Positions 1 to 8,449 of a DNA stretch of 64,000 bases are shown here, piece by piece. Source of the DNA: Alphaproteobacteria bacterium (GTDB taxonomy: Bacteria; Pseudomonadota; Alphaproteobacteria; UBA7887); contig OZ251461.1 in assembly GCA_965242575.1 (NCBI GenBank), positions 1,505,430-1,569,429 on the forward strand, written 5' to 3'. The stretch's first letter is position 1. Each line of letters opens with the position of its first letter. The position numbers and the translations under genes were made by a program. The notes under the pieces were generated by a model. It was given only the letters and a program-made list of their open reading frames with translations. It was not told where the DNA came from and did not search any database.

Positions 1-2109
1 CGCGGCTGGCGGTGTGGATCCACACCTTCGCGCCGGGCCTGCCGCTGTCGTTCCTGGACCGCAACCTCGTCCGCGGCAACGCGCTGGTGGGGGTCGGCGG
101 GCTGGACGAGATCCGCCGGAAGTTCGACGCAGCGGCGGGCACGTTTTTCGCGGCGGACGCGGAGACCCTGCTGGGCGCGGCGAAGAAGCCGCTGCGGCGG
201 CTGGCCAACATCGCCGACCGGACGGTGGCGGACATCGCCGCCGCGCGCGCGGCGGAGCGGGAGGCGCGGGCGGCGCTCGCCGACACCGAGGCGCTGTGCG
301 ACCTGGTCGCGGCGCAGCCGCTTTGCGACGACGAGCGGGTGGCCGGCTTCGCGTTCGAGGACTGGGCGCGCCGCGCCGGGTCCGCGGAGACGCGGGCGGC
401 CGCCGAGATCGCGAAGCGGGCGCTTGCGGGGCTGCACGCGCTGCACTTTCCGATCGCGTTCCCGGAAGTGTTCCTGCGCGAACGGCCGGGCTTCGATGTC
501 ATCGTCGGCAATCCGCCGTGGCAGGAGGCGACGGTCGAGGAGCATGCCTTTTGGGCGCGGCATTTCCCCGGACTGCGCGGTCAGACACAGCGCGCGCAGG
601 AGTCCGAGAAAGCCCGGTTGCGCGAAGGGCGCCCCGATCTGGTCGCCGCATGGCGGGCGGAGCGGGAAGAGATGGAACGGGTGAGAAAGGCGCTGATCGG
701 CGGCGCGTATCCCAGCATGGGAACGGGCGATCCCGATCTCTACAAGGCCTTTTGCTGGCGGTTTTGGCGTTTGAGCGCGGCGGAGGGCGGGCGCATCGGC
801 GTGGTGCTGCCGCGCAGTGCCCTCGCCGCCAAGGGATCGGCCGAATTCCGCCGGACGATTTTCGAATGCGCGGCGCAAGTCGACGTCACAGTCCTCAGAA
901 ATCGCAAGGGATGGGTTTTTGACGATGTGACGCCGCTGTACACCGTCGGCCTCGTCTGCGTCGCACGCGGCGAGGCGTCCGCGCGTTCGATCCGTTTGCG
1001 CGGACCCTACGCTTCGGAAGCGGCGTTTCGCGAGGGCGCGAACGCGCCGGCGGCGGCCTTCGACCGCGCCGATGTGCTAAAATGGAACGACACCGCCTCG
1101 CTGCCTTTACTGCCCAACGCGGATTCGATCGGGGTTTTCGCGCAGCTCCGCAAGGCGCCCCGCCTTGATGAGAACATAAAATCGCGGGGGGGGGGGGGGC
1201 GAAACAAGAACATTGGCGTGCGCGCCCCGACCGCGAGATGGACGCCACGTTACAGAAAGCGTTCATGGTTTTCGATCCATCGGAAACCGGTGGCGCACCC
1301 GGCCGGACACGGAACTCCACGCCACGGCGCAGAAACCACTCATGACGTTCGCGGGCAAAGACCGCGCCGACGGATACTGGCCCATTTACAAGGGCGAATC
1401 CTTCGACATATGGAACCCCGACACGGGAATCTATTACGCATGGGCCGATCCAGAACCGGTTCTCGACTGGCTTCAGCGCAAACGTCTGAAATCTGGCCAG
1501 AGCCGCCGCGACAGCCCGCATCGGGAGTTTCCCTTGAAATATTTGCGTAACCGCAACACGTTGCCATGCTTTGCGCCGCGAATCGCCTTTCGGGATATTA
1601 CTAACCGAACTAATCAGCGCACGGTCATTGCTTGTCTTGTGCCGCCGAAAGTGTTTATCGCAAATCAGGCTCCTTACCTGCTCTGGCCACGTGGTGACGC
1701 AAAAGATCAGGCATTTCTACTCGGAATCTTGTGTTCGATTCCGCTCGATTGGTATGCGAGGCGTTTCGTCGAAACGCACGTCAACTATTTCGTCTTCAAC
1801 CCGTTCCCGATCCCGCGCCCCGACCGCGAGGACGCGCGGTGGCGGCGCGTCGTGGAGCTCGCCGGGCGGCTGGCTTGCCCGGACGACCGCTTCGCGGGTT
1901 GGGCCGAGGCCGCCGGCGTCGGGTGCGGGCCATTGGCGGCGGGCGAGAAGGACGACATGATACACGAACTCGACGCCGTCGCCGCCCGCCTCTACGGTCT
2001 CGACGAACGGCAGCTCGTCCACATATTCGAGACTTTTCACGAAGGCTGGGATTTCGCCGCGCGGCTGGACGGCGTGCGCCGGCACTTCCGGCGTTGGGGG
2101 TCGCGATGA
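1..2109 (+). pseudogene. N6-adenine DNA methyltransferase, Eco57I/type IIG-like; 5'-partial at window edge; frame broken at a G14 tract (frameshifted or phase-variable)
   Basis: The frame of ORF 12..1550 is open back to nt 3 and carries ...LHFPIAFPEVF...GFDVIVGNPPWQ (motif IV NPPW). Sensible sequence ends at the G run 1186-1199. The conserved C-terminal part (WRTRPDTELHAT...WPIYKGESFDIWNPD...FNPFPIP) continues in the next frame as ORF 1213..2109. Confidence 0.8.
1186..1199. repeat. Homopolymeric G14 tract inside the methyltransferase coding region
   Basis: Counted directly: atcgc + 14 g + cgaaac. The upstream and downstream halves of the gene are in different frames across it. Confidence 0.95.
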
Positions 2110-3266
2110 GCGTTCGGGTCGACGTCAAACCGGAGTTGCTGCGCTGGGCGCGCGAGCGCGCGGGCGCGGACGTCGACGCGCTGGTCCGCAAATTCCCCAG
2201 ATACCGCGAATGGGAGGACGGCGAGGTTCGGCCGACCTACAGGCAGCTGGAGAATTTCGCCAAAACCGTTCACGCGGGGGTGGGGTACTTGTTCCTGTCG
2301 GAGCCGCCCGACGAGCCGTTCCCCATCCCGGACTTCCGCACCATGGGCGGCGGGCCCGTCGGGCGCCCGAGTCTGAACCTGCGGCATACGATCTATCTCT
2401 GCCAGGGGCGCCAGGACTGGTACCGGGAATATGCGCAAGCGGAGGACGAAGGCCCTCTCCCGTTCGTCGGTTCGGCGCGCCTGTCGGACGATGTCGAGGC
2501 GGCCGCCGCGCAGATGCGCCGCGCGCTTAAATTCGACCCGGACGAACGCCGCGAGATGCGGACGTGGGAGGAGGCGCTGCGCCGGTTCGTCGAGTCGGCG
2601 GAGGAGGCTGGCGTGCTGGCGATGGTGTCGGGCGTCGTCGGCAACAACACCCGCCGCAAGCTCGATCCGGAGGAATTCCGAGGTTTCGCGCTGGTCGACG
2701 ACTTCGCCCCCCTGGTGTTCGTCAACGGCGCCGACACCAAGGCCGCACAGATGTTCACGCTGGCGCACGAACTCGCGCATCTGTGGCTCGGCGAGACCGG
2801 CCTGTCCGACAGCAGCCTGGATGCGCTGCCCCGTCGGAAGGTCGAAAACTGGTGTAGTCGGGTCGCGGCGGAGCTACTCGCGCCGATCGAGATCGTGCGG
2901 GCGGAGTATCGGCCGGGCGAGGACTTGTCCGCCGAGTCGAGTCGGTTGGCGCGACGATTCAAGGTGAGCACCTTGGTAATCCTGCGCCGGATTTACGATA
3001 TCGAAGGCCTGCCGTATGATCGGTTCCGGCGGGCTTACGACGACGAGCTCGAACGTCTGCGCGCAATCCCGGGACGCGGCGGCGGGAATTTTTACGCGAC
3101 CCAGACCGCGCGCGTGGGCAAGCGGTTCGCGCATGCCGTGATCGCCGACACGCTTGGAGGGGGGACGACGTTTCGCGAGGCGTTCCAGCTGTTCGGGTTC
3201 TCCAAGACGGAGACTTTCAAGAAGTTGGCCGATAATTTGGGAGTAAGGCATGGCTTACCTGATTGA
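2106..3266 (+). CDS. ImmA/IrrE-family Zn metallopeptidase with N-terminal HTH-like region (COG2856 type)
   Basis: ATG 2106 overlaps the upstream stop (ATGA). HEXXH motif is HELAHLWLGE. The start was trimmed from ORF 1731..3266 to MSVRVDVKPELLRWARERAG. Confidence 0.85.
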   Translation: MSVRVDVKPELLRWARERAGADVDALVRKFPRYREWEDGEVRPTYRQLENFAKTVHAGVGYLFLSEPPDEPFPIPDFRTMGGGPVGRPSLNLRHTIYLCQGRQDWYREYAQAEDEGPLPFVGSARLSDDVEAAAAQMRRALKFDPDERREMRTWEEALRRFVESAEEAGVLAMVSGVVGNNTRRKLDPEEFRGFALVDDFAPLVFVNGADTKAAQMFTLAHELAHLWLGETGLSDSSLDALPRRKVENWCSRVAAELLAPIEIVRAEYRPGEDLSAESSRLARRFKVSTLVILRRIYDIEGLPYDRFRRAYDDELERLRAIPGRGGGNFYATQTARVGKRFAHAVIADTLGGGTTFREAFQLFGFSKTETFKKLADNLGVRHGLPD

Positions 3267-3756
3267 CGCGAACGTATTCATAGACGCGAAGAATCGATAC
3301 TATGGGTTCGATTTCTGCTCGGCGTTCTGGGATTGGGCGATCGCAGCCAACCGACGGGGGCTACTGCTCAGCATCGCCGAGGTTGGCGGGGAACTCCGGG
3401 CCGGTAACGACTCGCTCGCGGCATGGGCGGCGGCGCGGGACGCCGGTTTCTTCGCCGAGTCGTTAACCGAACGGAGCGCCTCCGCGGTTAAGGTCAGCAA
3501 CCAGGCGAACGCAATGAATTACAACGTCGTCGCCATAGAGGAATTCATGAAATCCGCCGATTTTCATCTGATTGCCTACGCGGACAAATACAGACACACG
3601 ATCGTCACCCTCGAAGCCGCTTCGCCCACGGGGGCGCGCGCGAAAAGGCGTGTCCTGATACCCGACATGTGCGCCGTGCTCGGTATCGCGTGCGTAACCC
3701 CCTTCGAAATGCTGCGCCGCGAGAACGCGCGTTTCGTGCTCGGCGCCGCGCCGTGA
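3250..3756 (+). CDS. DUF4411-family PIN-like protein (putative nuclease partner of ImmA)
   Basis: N-terminus MAYLIDANVFIDAKNRYYGFDFCSAFWDW is typical of DUF4411. It overlaps the ImmA gene by 17 nt. Confidence 0.75.
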   Translation: MAYLIDANVFIDAKNRYYGFDFCSAFWDWAIAANRRGLLLSIAEVGGELRAGNDSLAAWAAARDAGFFAESLTERSASAVKVSNQANAMNYNVVAIEEFMKSADFHLIAYADKYRHTIVTLEAASPTGARAKRRVLIPDMCAVLGIACVTPFEMLRRENARFVLGAAP

Positions 3757-6700
3757 CCGCCCGCCCGGACTTCATCGACAACCGCGGCGGCAACACGCTG
3801 GCGCGGGCGCTCGACGCGGCGCTCGGCGGCGCGGACGGGGGCGCGGCGGAAGGGGGCGGACCGGACGCGGTGCGCATCGCCACCGCGTTCTTCAACCCCG
3901 CCGGCTTCGCCCGGATCGCCGACCGGCTGGCCGGCGCGCGCGAGGTGCGGTTGCTGCTCGGCGCCGACCCGGCGCTCGCGGCGGCGGACGCGCGGCGGCG
4001 GCTGGACGAAACGCCGGAGGCGTTCGAACGGCGGCGCATGGCGGCGGGCCTGCGCCGCATGGAGGCGGCGCTGCGCCGCGAACGCGACGGCCTGCCGTTC
4101 GACCGGGCGAGCGGCGCCGCGCTGCGCAAGCTGGCCGCGGCCTTGCGCGCCGGCAATATGGAGGCGCGCCGCTACGAAAAGGCGTTCATGCACGCCAAGG
4201 CCTATGTCGTGACAGCGGAGGGCGGGACCTACGGCCGGCCCGAGGGCGTGATCGCCGGGTCGTCCAACCTGACCGACTCGGGGCTGACCCGCAACCTGGA
4301 GCTCAATCTGGGCCGCTACGACCGCCCGGTGGCGGAGCGGGCGCGGCGCTGGTTCGACGAACTCTGGGACGAGGCCGAACCTTGCGACCTCGCCGCGCTG
4401 TTCGAGGATTCGCTGCGGCTTTACACCCCGTGGGAGATTTTCCTTCGCGTGCTCTGGCGGCTCTACGGGGACGAGGCCGCGGCGGACGCGGCGGAGGACG
4501 ACGACCTGCCGCTGACCAGCTTCCAGAAGCACGGCGCGGCGCGGGCGCTGCGGCTGATCCGCGACACGGGCGGCGCGGTGGTCGCCGACGAAGTGGGGCT
4601 CGGCAAGACCTTCATCGCCGGCGAGATCATCCGGCTTTACCGCGAGCGGCGGCAGCGCGCGCTGCTGATCTGCCCGGCGGCGCTGCGCGACACCGTCTGG
4701 CGGCAATTCATCGCCCGGTTCCAGCTGTTCGTAGAATGCCTGTCGTTCGAGGAACTGGCGAACGACCCCCGGCTGGGCGGCGCGGGCGGGGAGAAGCTCG
4801 CGCGGCCGCTCGACGAATACCAGCTCGTCGTGGTGGACGAGGCCCACAACTACCGCAACCCCGGCGCGCCGACCCGCGCGGGGGCGCTGCGGCGGCTCCT
4901 GCGCGGGCCGCGGCGCGATCTTCTTCTTCTCACCGCCACGCCGGTCAACAACTCGCTGTGGGACCTTTACCACCTGCTGCGGTTCTTCCTCCGCCAGGAC
5001 GCGCATTTCGCCGACCGGGGCATACTCTCGATCCGCGGGCTGTTCGAAAGGGCGGCGCGGGAGGATCCCGCAAGCCTCGGTCCCGACACGCTGTTTCCGA
5101 TCGTCGACGCGACGACGGTGAAGCGGACGCGGCAGTTCGTGAAGAAGCATTACGCCGGCGACACGATCCCCGGCCCCGACGGCGCGCCGCTGCCCATCGA
5201 GTTCCCCCGGCCGCAAGCGATCGGCCTGCGTTACAATCTGGACGACCGCCTGCCGGGCTTTTTCGACCGGCTGGAGCGGGCGCTCGACCCCGACGGCGGC
5301 GAGGCCGCCGCCTTCGCGCGCTACACTCCGGAGGTTTGGCGCCGCGGCGGCGCCGACGAGGAGGAGGAGGCGCGCGCCCGGGCGACGGCGGGGCTGCTGC
5401 GCTCCGGCCTCCTCAAGCGCTTCGAGTCGTCGGCTTTCGCCTTCCGCCGGACGGCGGAAAAGATGACGCGCGAGCACGACGCGTTTCTCGCCGCGCTCGA
5501 CGCCGGCCACGTGGTCTCCACCGCGTTCATGAGGGAGCTGTCCGCCGACGACGAGGGGGCGTTCGAGGACGTCCTCGGCGCCACGGAGCACAAGGCGGAT
5601 GCGGCGCTCTACGACGTCGCGGGGCTGCGCGCGGCGGTCGCGCGCGACCGCGGGATTCTCGCCGCGCTCGCGGAGGAGGCCGGGAAGATCGCGCCGGACC
5701 GGGACCCGAAGCTCGAGGCGCTCGCCGGCGCGCTGGCCGGGATCGCGGAGCAGGCCGAACACGAGGCCGCGGACCCGGTCGACGAGGCGCAGAAGCGCAA
5801 GGTCCTGGTGTTCTCGTTCTTCGAGGACACGATAGCGTGGATCCGCGACTATCTCGCCGGGGCGCTGGAGACGCGGCCGGAGCTCGCCGCATATCGCGGC
5901 CGCATGGCGGCGGTCAGCGGTTCGGGCGAGCTCGACGACGTCTCGCGGCAAAAGGCGCTGTGCGGGTTCGCGCCCATGTCGATGGCGGAGCGGACCGAGC
6001 GCGCCGCCGGCGATTACGACATTCTGCTGTCGACGGACGTTCTGGCGGAAGGGGTGAACCTTCAGGATTGCCGGCACATCGTCAATTTCGACATGCCGTG
6101 GAACCCGATGCGGCTGGTGCAGCGGCACGGGCGGATCGACCGCATCGGCGGCCCGCACCGCCGCGTGTTCCTGCGGACGATCTTCCCCGCCGACCGGCTC
6201 GACCGCCTGCTCGATCTCGAACGGCGGATTCTCGACAAGTTGGCGCTGGCGGCGGCGAGCGTCGGCGTGGCGCCGCCGATCCCCGGCGCGGCGCGCGGCG
6301 GGCAGGTGTTCGCCGAAACCCGCGCCGAGATCGAGAAACTGATCGCGGAGGACTCCGCGCTCTTCGAACGCGGCGGCGCGGCCGGCGCCGCGCAGACCGG
6401 CGAGGAATACCGCCAGACGCTGCGCAAGGCGCTCGCCGACGGCGGCGGGCGCATCGCCAACCTGCCGTGGAAGATCGGTTCGGGAATGGTCCGGGGCGCA
6501 CGGCGCGGCGTGTTCTTCTGCGCCGCGGTGGGGCGGGACAGCGACCTGGAGCGCAACTACCTCCGCTTCGTCGACGCCGGCGACGACTGGCGCCCCGCGG
6601 CCGGCGACGGCGCGGTCGAGCGCGAGCGCGGCGCCTGCCTGCGCCTGATCGAATGCGCGGAGGACACTCCGACCCGACTCCCGGACATATTGCGGGATCG

Positions 6701-7109
6701 GGCGTACGACTTCTGGGAGGCGGCGCGCGACGACATATTGGCGGAATGGATGCGCGAGACCGACCCGGCGAACCTGCAACCCCGGGTCCGGCCGCTCAAC
6801 CATCGCGCGGCGGAGTTCGTTCGCGCGCATCCGCCGGCCGGCCTGCCGGACGAACGGGTGAACCGGGCGCTGGACGTTCTGGAGTCGCCGTGGCCGCGCC
6901 GCGAGGAAGTCCTGCTGCGCGGCTGGTTCGACGACGCGGCGCGCGGCGGCGGCGACCGATCGCGAATCCTCGTCGAGCGGATTCTCGAAACCGGCCTGGA
7001 GCCGGCGGAGCCGCCGCCGCCGCTGCCGCCGATCTCGCGCGGGGACATCGAACTCGTGTGCTGGATGGGGATCGAGGCGGAAGCCGCCGCGCCGCCCTAC
7101 ATGGCGTAA
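3753..7109 (+). CDS. PLD-family nuclease domain fused to SNF2/SF2 helicase
   Basis: GTG 3753 overlaps the DUF4411 stop (GTGA). There is a single HKD-like motif, FMHAKAYVV...IAGSSNLT. SNF2 motifs are DEVGLGKT, VVVDEAHNYRN, LLLTATPVNNSLWDL and QRHGRIDRIG. Confidence 0.85.
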   Translation: MTARPDFIDNRGGNTLARALDAALGGADGGAAEGGGPDAVRIATAFFNPAGFARIADRLAGAREVRLLLGADPALAAADARRRLDETPEAFERRRMAAGLRRMEAALRRERDGLPFDRASGAALRKLAAALRAGNMEARRYEKAFMHAKAYVVTAEGGTYGRPEGVIAGSSNLTDSGLTRNLELNLGRYDRPVAERARRWFDELWDEAEPCDLAALFEDSLRLYTPWEIFLRVLWRLYGDEAAADAAEDDDLPLTSFQKHGAARALRLIRDTGGAVVADEVGLGKTFIAGEIIRLYRERRQRALLICPAALRDTVWRQFIARFQLFVECLSFEELANDPRLGGAGGEKLARPLDEYQLVVVDEAHNYRNPGAPTRAGALRRLLRGPRRDLLLLTATPVNNSLWDLYHLLRFFLRQDAHFADRGILSIRGLFERAAREDPASLGPDTLFPIVDATTVKRTRQFVKKHYAGDTIPGPDGAPLPIEFPRPQAIGLRYNLDDRLPGFFDRLERALDPDGGEAAAFARYTPEVWRRGGADEEEEARARATAGLLRSGLLKRFESSAFAFRRTAEKMTREHDAFLAALDAGHVVSTAFMRELSADDEGAFEDVLGATEHKADAALYDVAGLRAAVARDRGILAALAEEAGKIAPDRDPKLEALAGALAGIAEQAEHEAADPVDEAQKRKVLVFSFFEDTIAWIRDYLAGALETRPELAAYRGRMAAVSGSGELDDVSRQKALCGFAPMSMAERTERAAGDYDILLSTDVLAEGVNLQDCRHIVNFDMPWNPMRLVQRHGRIDRIGGPHRRVFLRTIFPADRLDRLLDLERRILDKLALAAASVGVAPPIPGAARGGQVFAETRAEIEKLIAEDSALFERGGAAGAAQTGEEYRQTLRKALADGGGRIANLPWKIGSGMVRGARRGVFFCAAVGRDSDLERNYLRFVDAGDDWRPAAGDGAVERERGACLRLIECAEDTPTRLPDILRDRAYDFWEAARDDILAEWMRETDPANLQPRVRPLNHRAAEFVRAHPPAGLPDERVNRALDVLESPWPRREEVLLRGWFDDAARGGGDRSRILVERILETGLEPAEPPPPLPPISRGDIELVCWMGIEAEAAAPPYMA

Positions 7110-7139
7110 CGCGCGACCGCCGCCTCGTCCCATTCCAGG

Positions 7140-7208
7140 CCCGCGCCGGACGACGCGGCGATCACAGCGCCGGTTCTTCGCCGATTTGAGCGATTTCAGG
7201 ACTTTCAT
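7140..7208 (-). pseudogene. rpmJ: 5' stub of a type-B ribosomal protein L36 (rpmJ/ykgO-like) gene
   Basis: MKVLKSLKSAKNRRCDRRVVRRG matches the L36 N-terminus, with GGAGAG 7 nt upstream of the ATG. After about 23 codons the similarity is lost in all three frames. Confidence 0.5.
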
Positions 7209-7273
7209 GGCGCCTCTCCGAACGGCCCTGCCCGCCGCGCGGGGCGGCGCGCGTCAAGCGCCGGCGCCGGGCG

Positions 7274-8011
7274 TCAGTCCCCGTCGACCTCGGCGAGCAG
7301 GGCGCGGGCGCGGGCGCGGACGAGTTCGCCGTAGGCGTCCGCCGGCGGCAGCGCCAGCGCCTCGGCCAGCAGCTCGCGCGCGCGGCCTTCGTACTCGTCG
7401 TCGAGCGCCAGCAGGTTCTCCGCGTAGTCGAAGCGGACGACGACGGAGCCGGGCGCCAGCGCCAGGGCGCGCTCGTAATGCTCCAGCGCCGCCGATTCCG
7501 TCGCGCCGTAGAGCGTGCGCGCCATGAAGCCGCCGGCGGCGTCGACGATCCCCGCATGCCAGCCGGCCAGCGCCAGATGCGCGCGGGCGTGGTCCGGGTC
7601 CAGCGCCAGCGCCGTGTCCAGCGCCGCCTCGATTCTTTCGGCGAAACCCTCGGCGAACGCCGCCATCGAGCCGATGGCCTGCGCGTAGCGGCCCATCGCG
7701 TGCGCCGATTGCATGTGCGCCTCGGCGTTGTCGGCGTCGCGGCGGATCGCCTCCTCGGCCGCCGCCATCGCGCGCGCGAAAAGCTCGCGCCGCTCGTCCT
7801 CCGCCGCCAGGTGGAAGCCGTAGATGGCGAGGACGTCGGCGGCGAGCGCGTAGCCGTCGGAGCCGCCCGCCGCGGCGCCGATTTCGGCGGCCTCGAGGAA
7901 CCGCCCCCCGGCCGCGGCGGCGCGCGCCTCGTCCAGCGTCTGGCTCCAGGCGGGCGCGCCCGCCCACACCGGCGCCGCGGCGAACGCCGCGGCCGCCAAC
8001 AGCCGTTTCAC
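7274..8011 (-). CDS. Secreted TPR-like helical repeat protein
   Basis: GTG 8011 gives VKRLLAAAAFAAAPVWAGAPAWSQ (signal peptide). The rest is alanine-rich helical repeats. The upstream part of ORF 7274..8332 was rejected as R/G-rich filler. Confidence 0.6.
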   Translation of the reverse strand: MKRLLAAAAFAAAPVWAGAPAWSQTLDEARAAAAGGRFLEAAEIGAAAGGSDGYALAADVLAIYGFHLAAEDERRELFARAMAAAEEAIRRDADNAEAHMQSAHAMGRYAQAIGSMAAFAEGFAERIEAALDTALALDPDHARAHLALAGWHAGIVDAAGGFMARTLYGATESAALEHYERALALAPGSVVVRFDYAENLLALDDEYEGRARELLAEALALPPADAYGELVRARARALLAEVDGD

Positions 8012-8022
8012 GCCGGCGCCCC

Positions 8023-8418
8023 CTACTCCGCGCCGCCGCCGACCACGGCCTCGGCCTCGATCTCCACCTTCAGCTCCGGCAGCACGAGCGCGCTCACCTC
8101 GACCAGGGTCGAGGCGGGACGGCGGTCGCCGAAATACGCGATTCGCAACGGGTCGATCCGCGCCCGGTCGGAGATGTCGGTGAGGAAGACGGAGACCTTC
8201 ACGACATCGCCCGGCGCGCCGCCGGCGGCGCGCAGCACGGAGTCGAGATTGTCCAGCGCGACGCGGAACTGGTCCACCGCGTCGGCGGGGACGGCGCCGT
8301 CCGCGGTCATGCCGACCGTGCCCGAAATCCACACGCGGTCGCCGGCGCGGGTCGCGTGGCAGTAATGGCTGACCGGCTCCGGCTGCCCCGGGACCATGAA
8401 TCGGCGGATCGGCTGCAT
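8023..8418 (-). CDS. ridA: RidA/YjgF family reactive-intermediate deaminase
   Basis: 131 aa containing ...HYCHATRAGDRVWISGTVG...VKVSVFLTD...PASTLVEVSAL...VEIEA, typical of the RidA fold. Confidence 0.8.
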   Translation of the reverse strand: MQPIRRFMVPGQPEPVSHYCHATRAGDRVWISGTVGMTADGAVPADAVDQFRVALDNLDSVLRAAGGAPGDVVKVSVFLTDISDRARIDPLRIAYFGDRRPASTLVEVSALVLPELKVEIEAEAVVGGGAE

Positions 8419-8449
8419 GCGCGCCCCCTCGACATCGACCGGCGGAACC

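Noticed and set aside
3576-7208. 1210-aa ORF on the minus strand
   Set aside because: It runs antisense to the well-supported PLD-SNF2 gene and is R/A/G/P-rich with no motifs, which is a typical shadow ORF in high-GC DNA. Only its first ~23 codons (the L36-like stub) look genuine.
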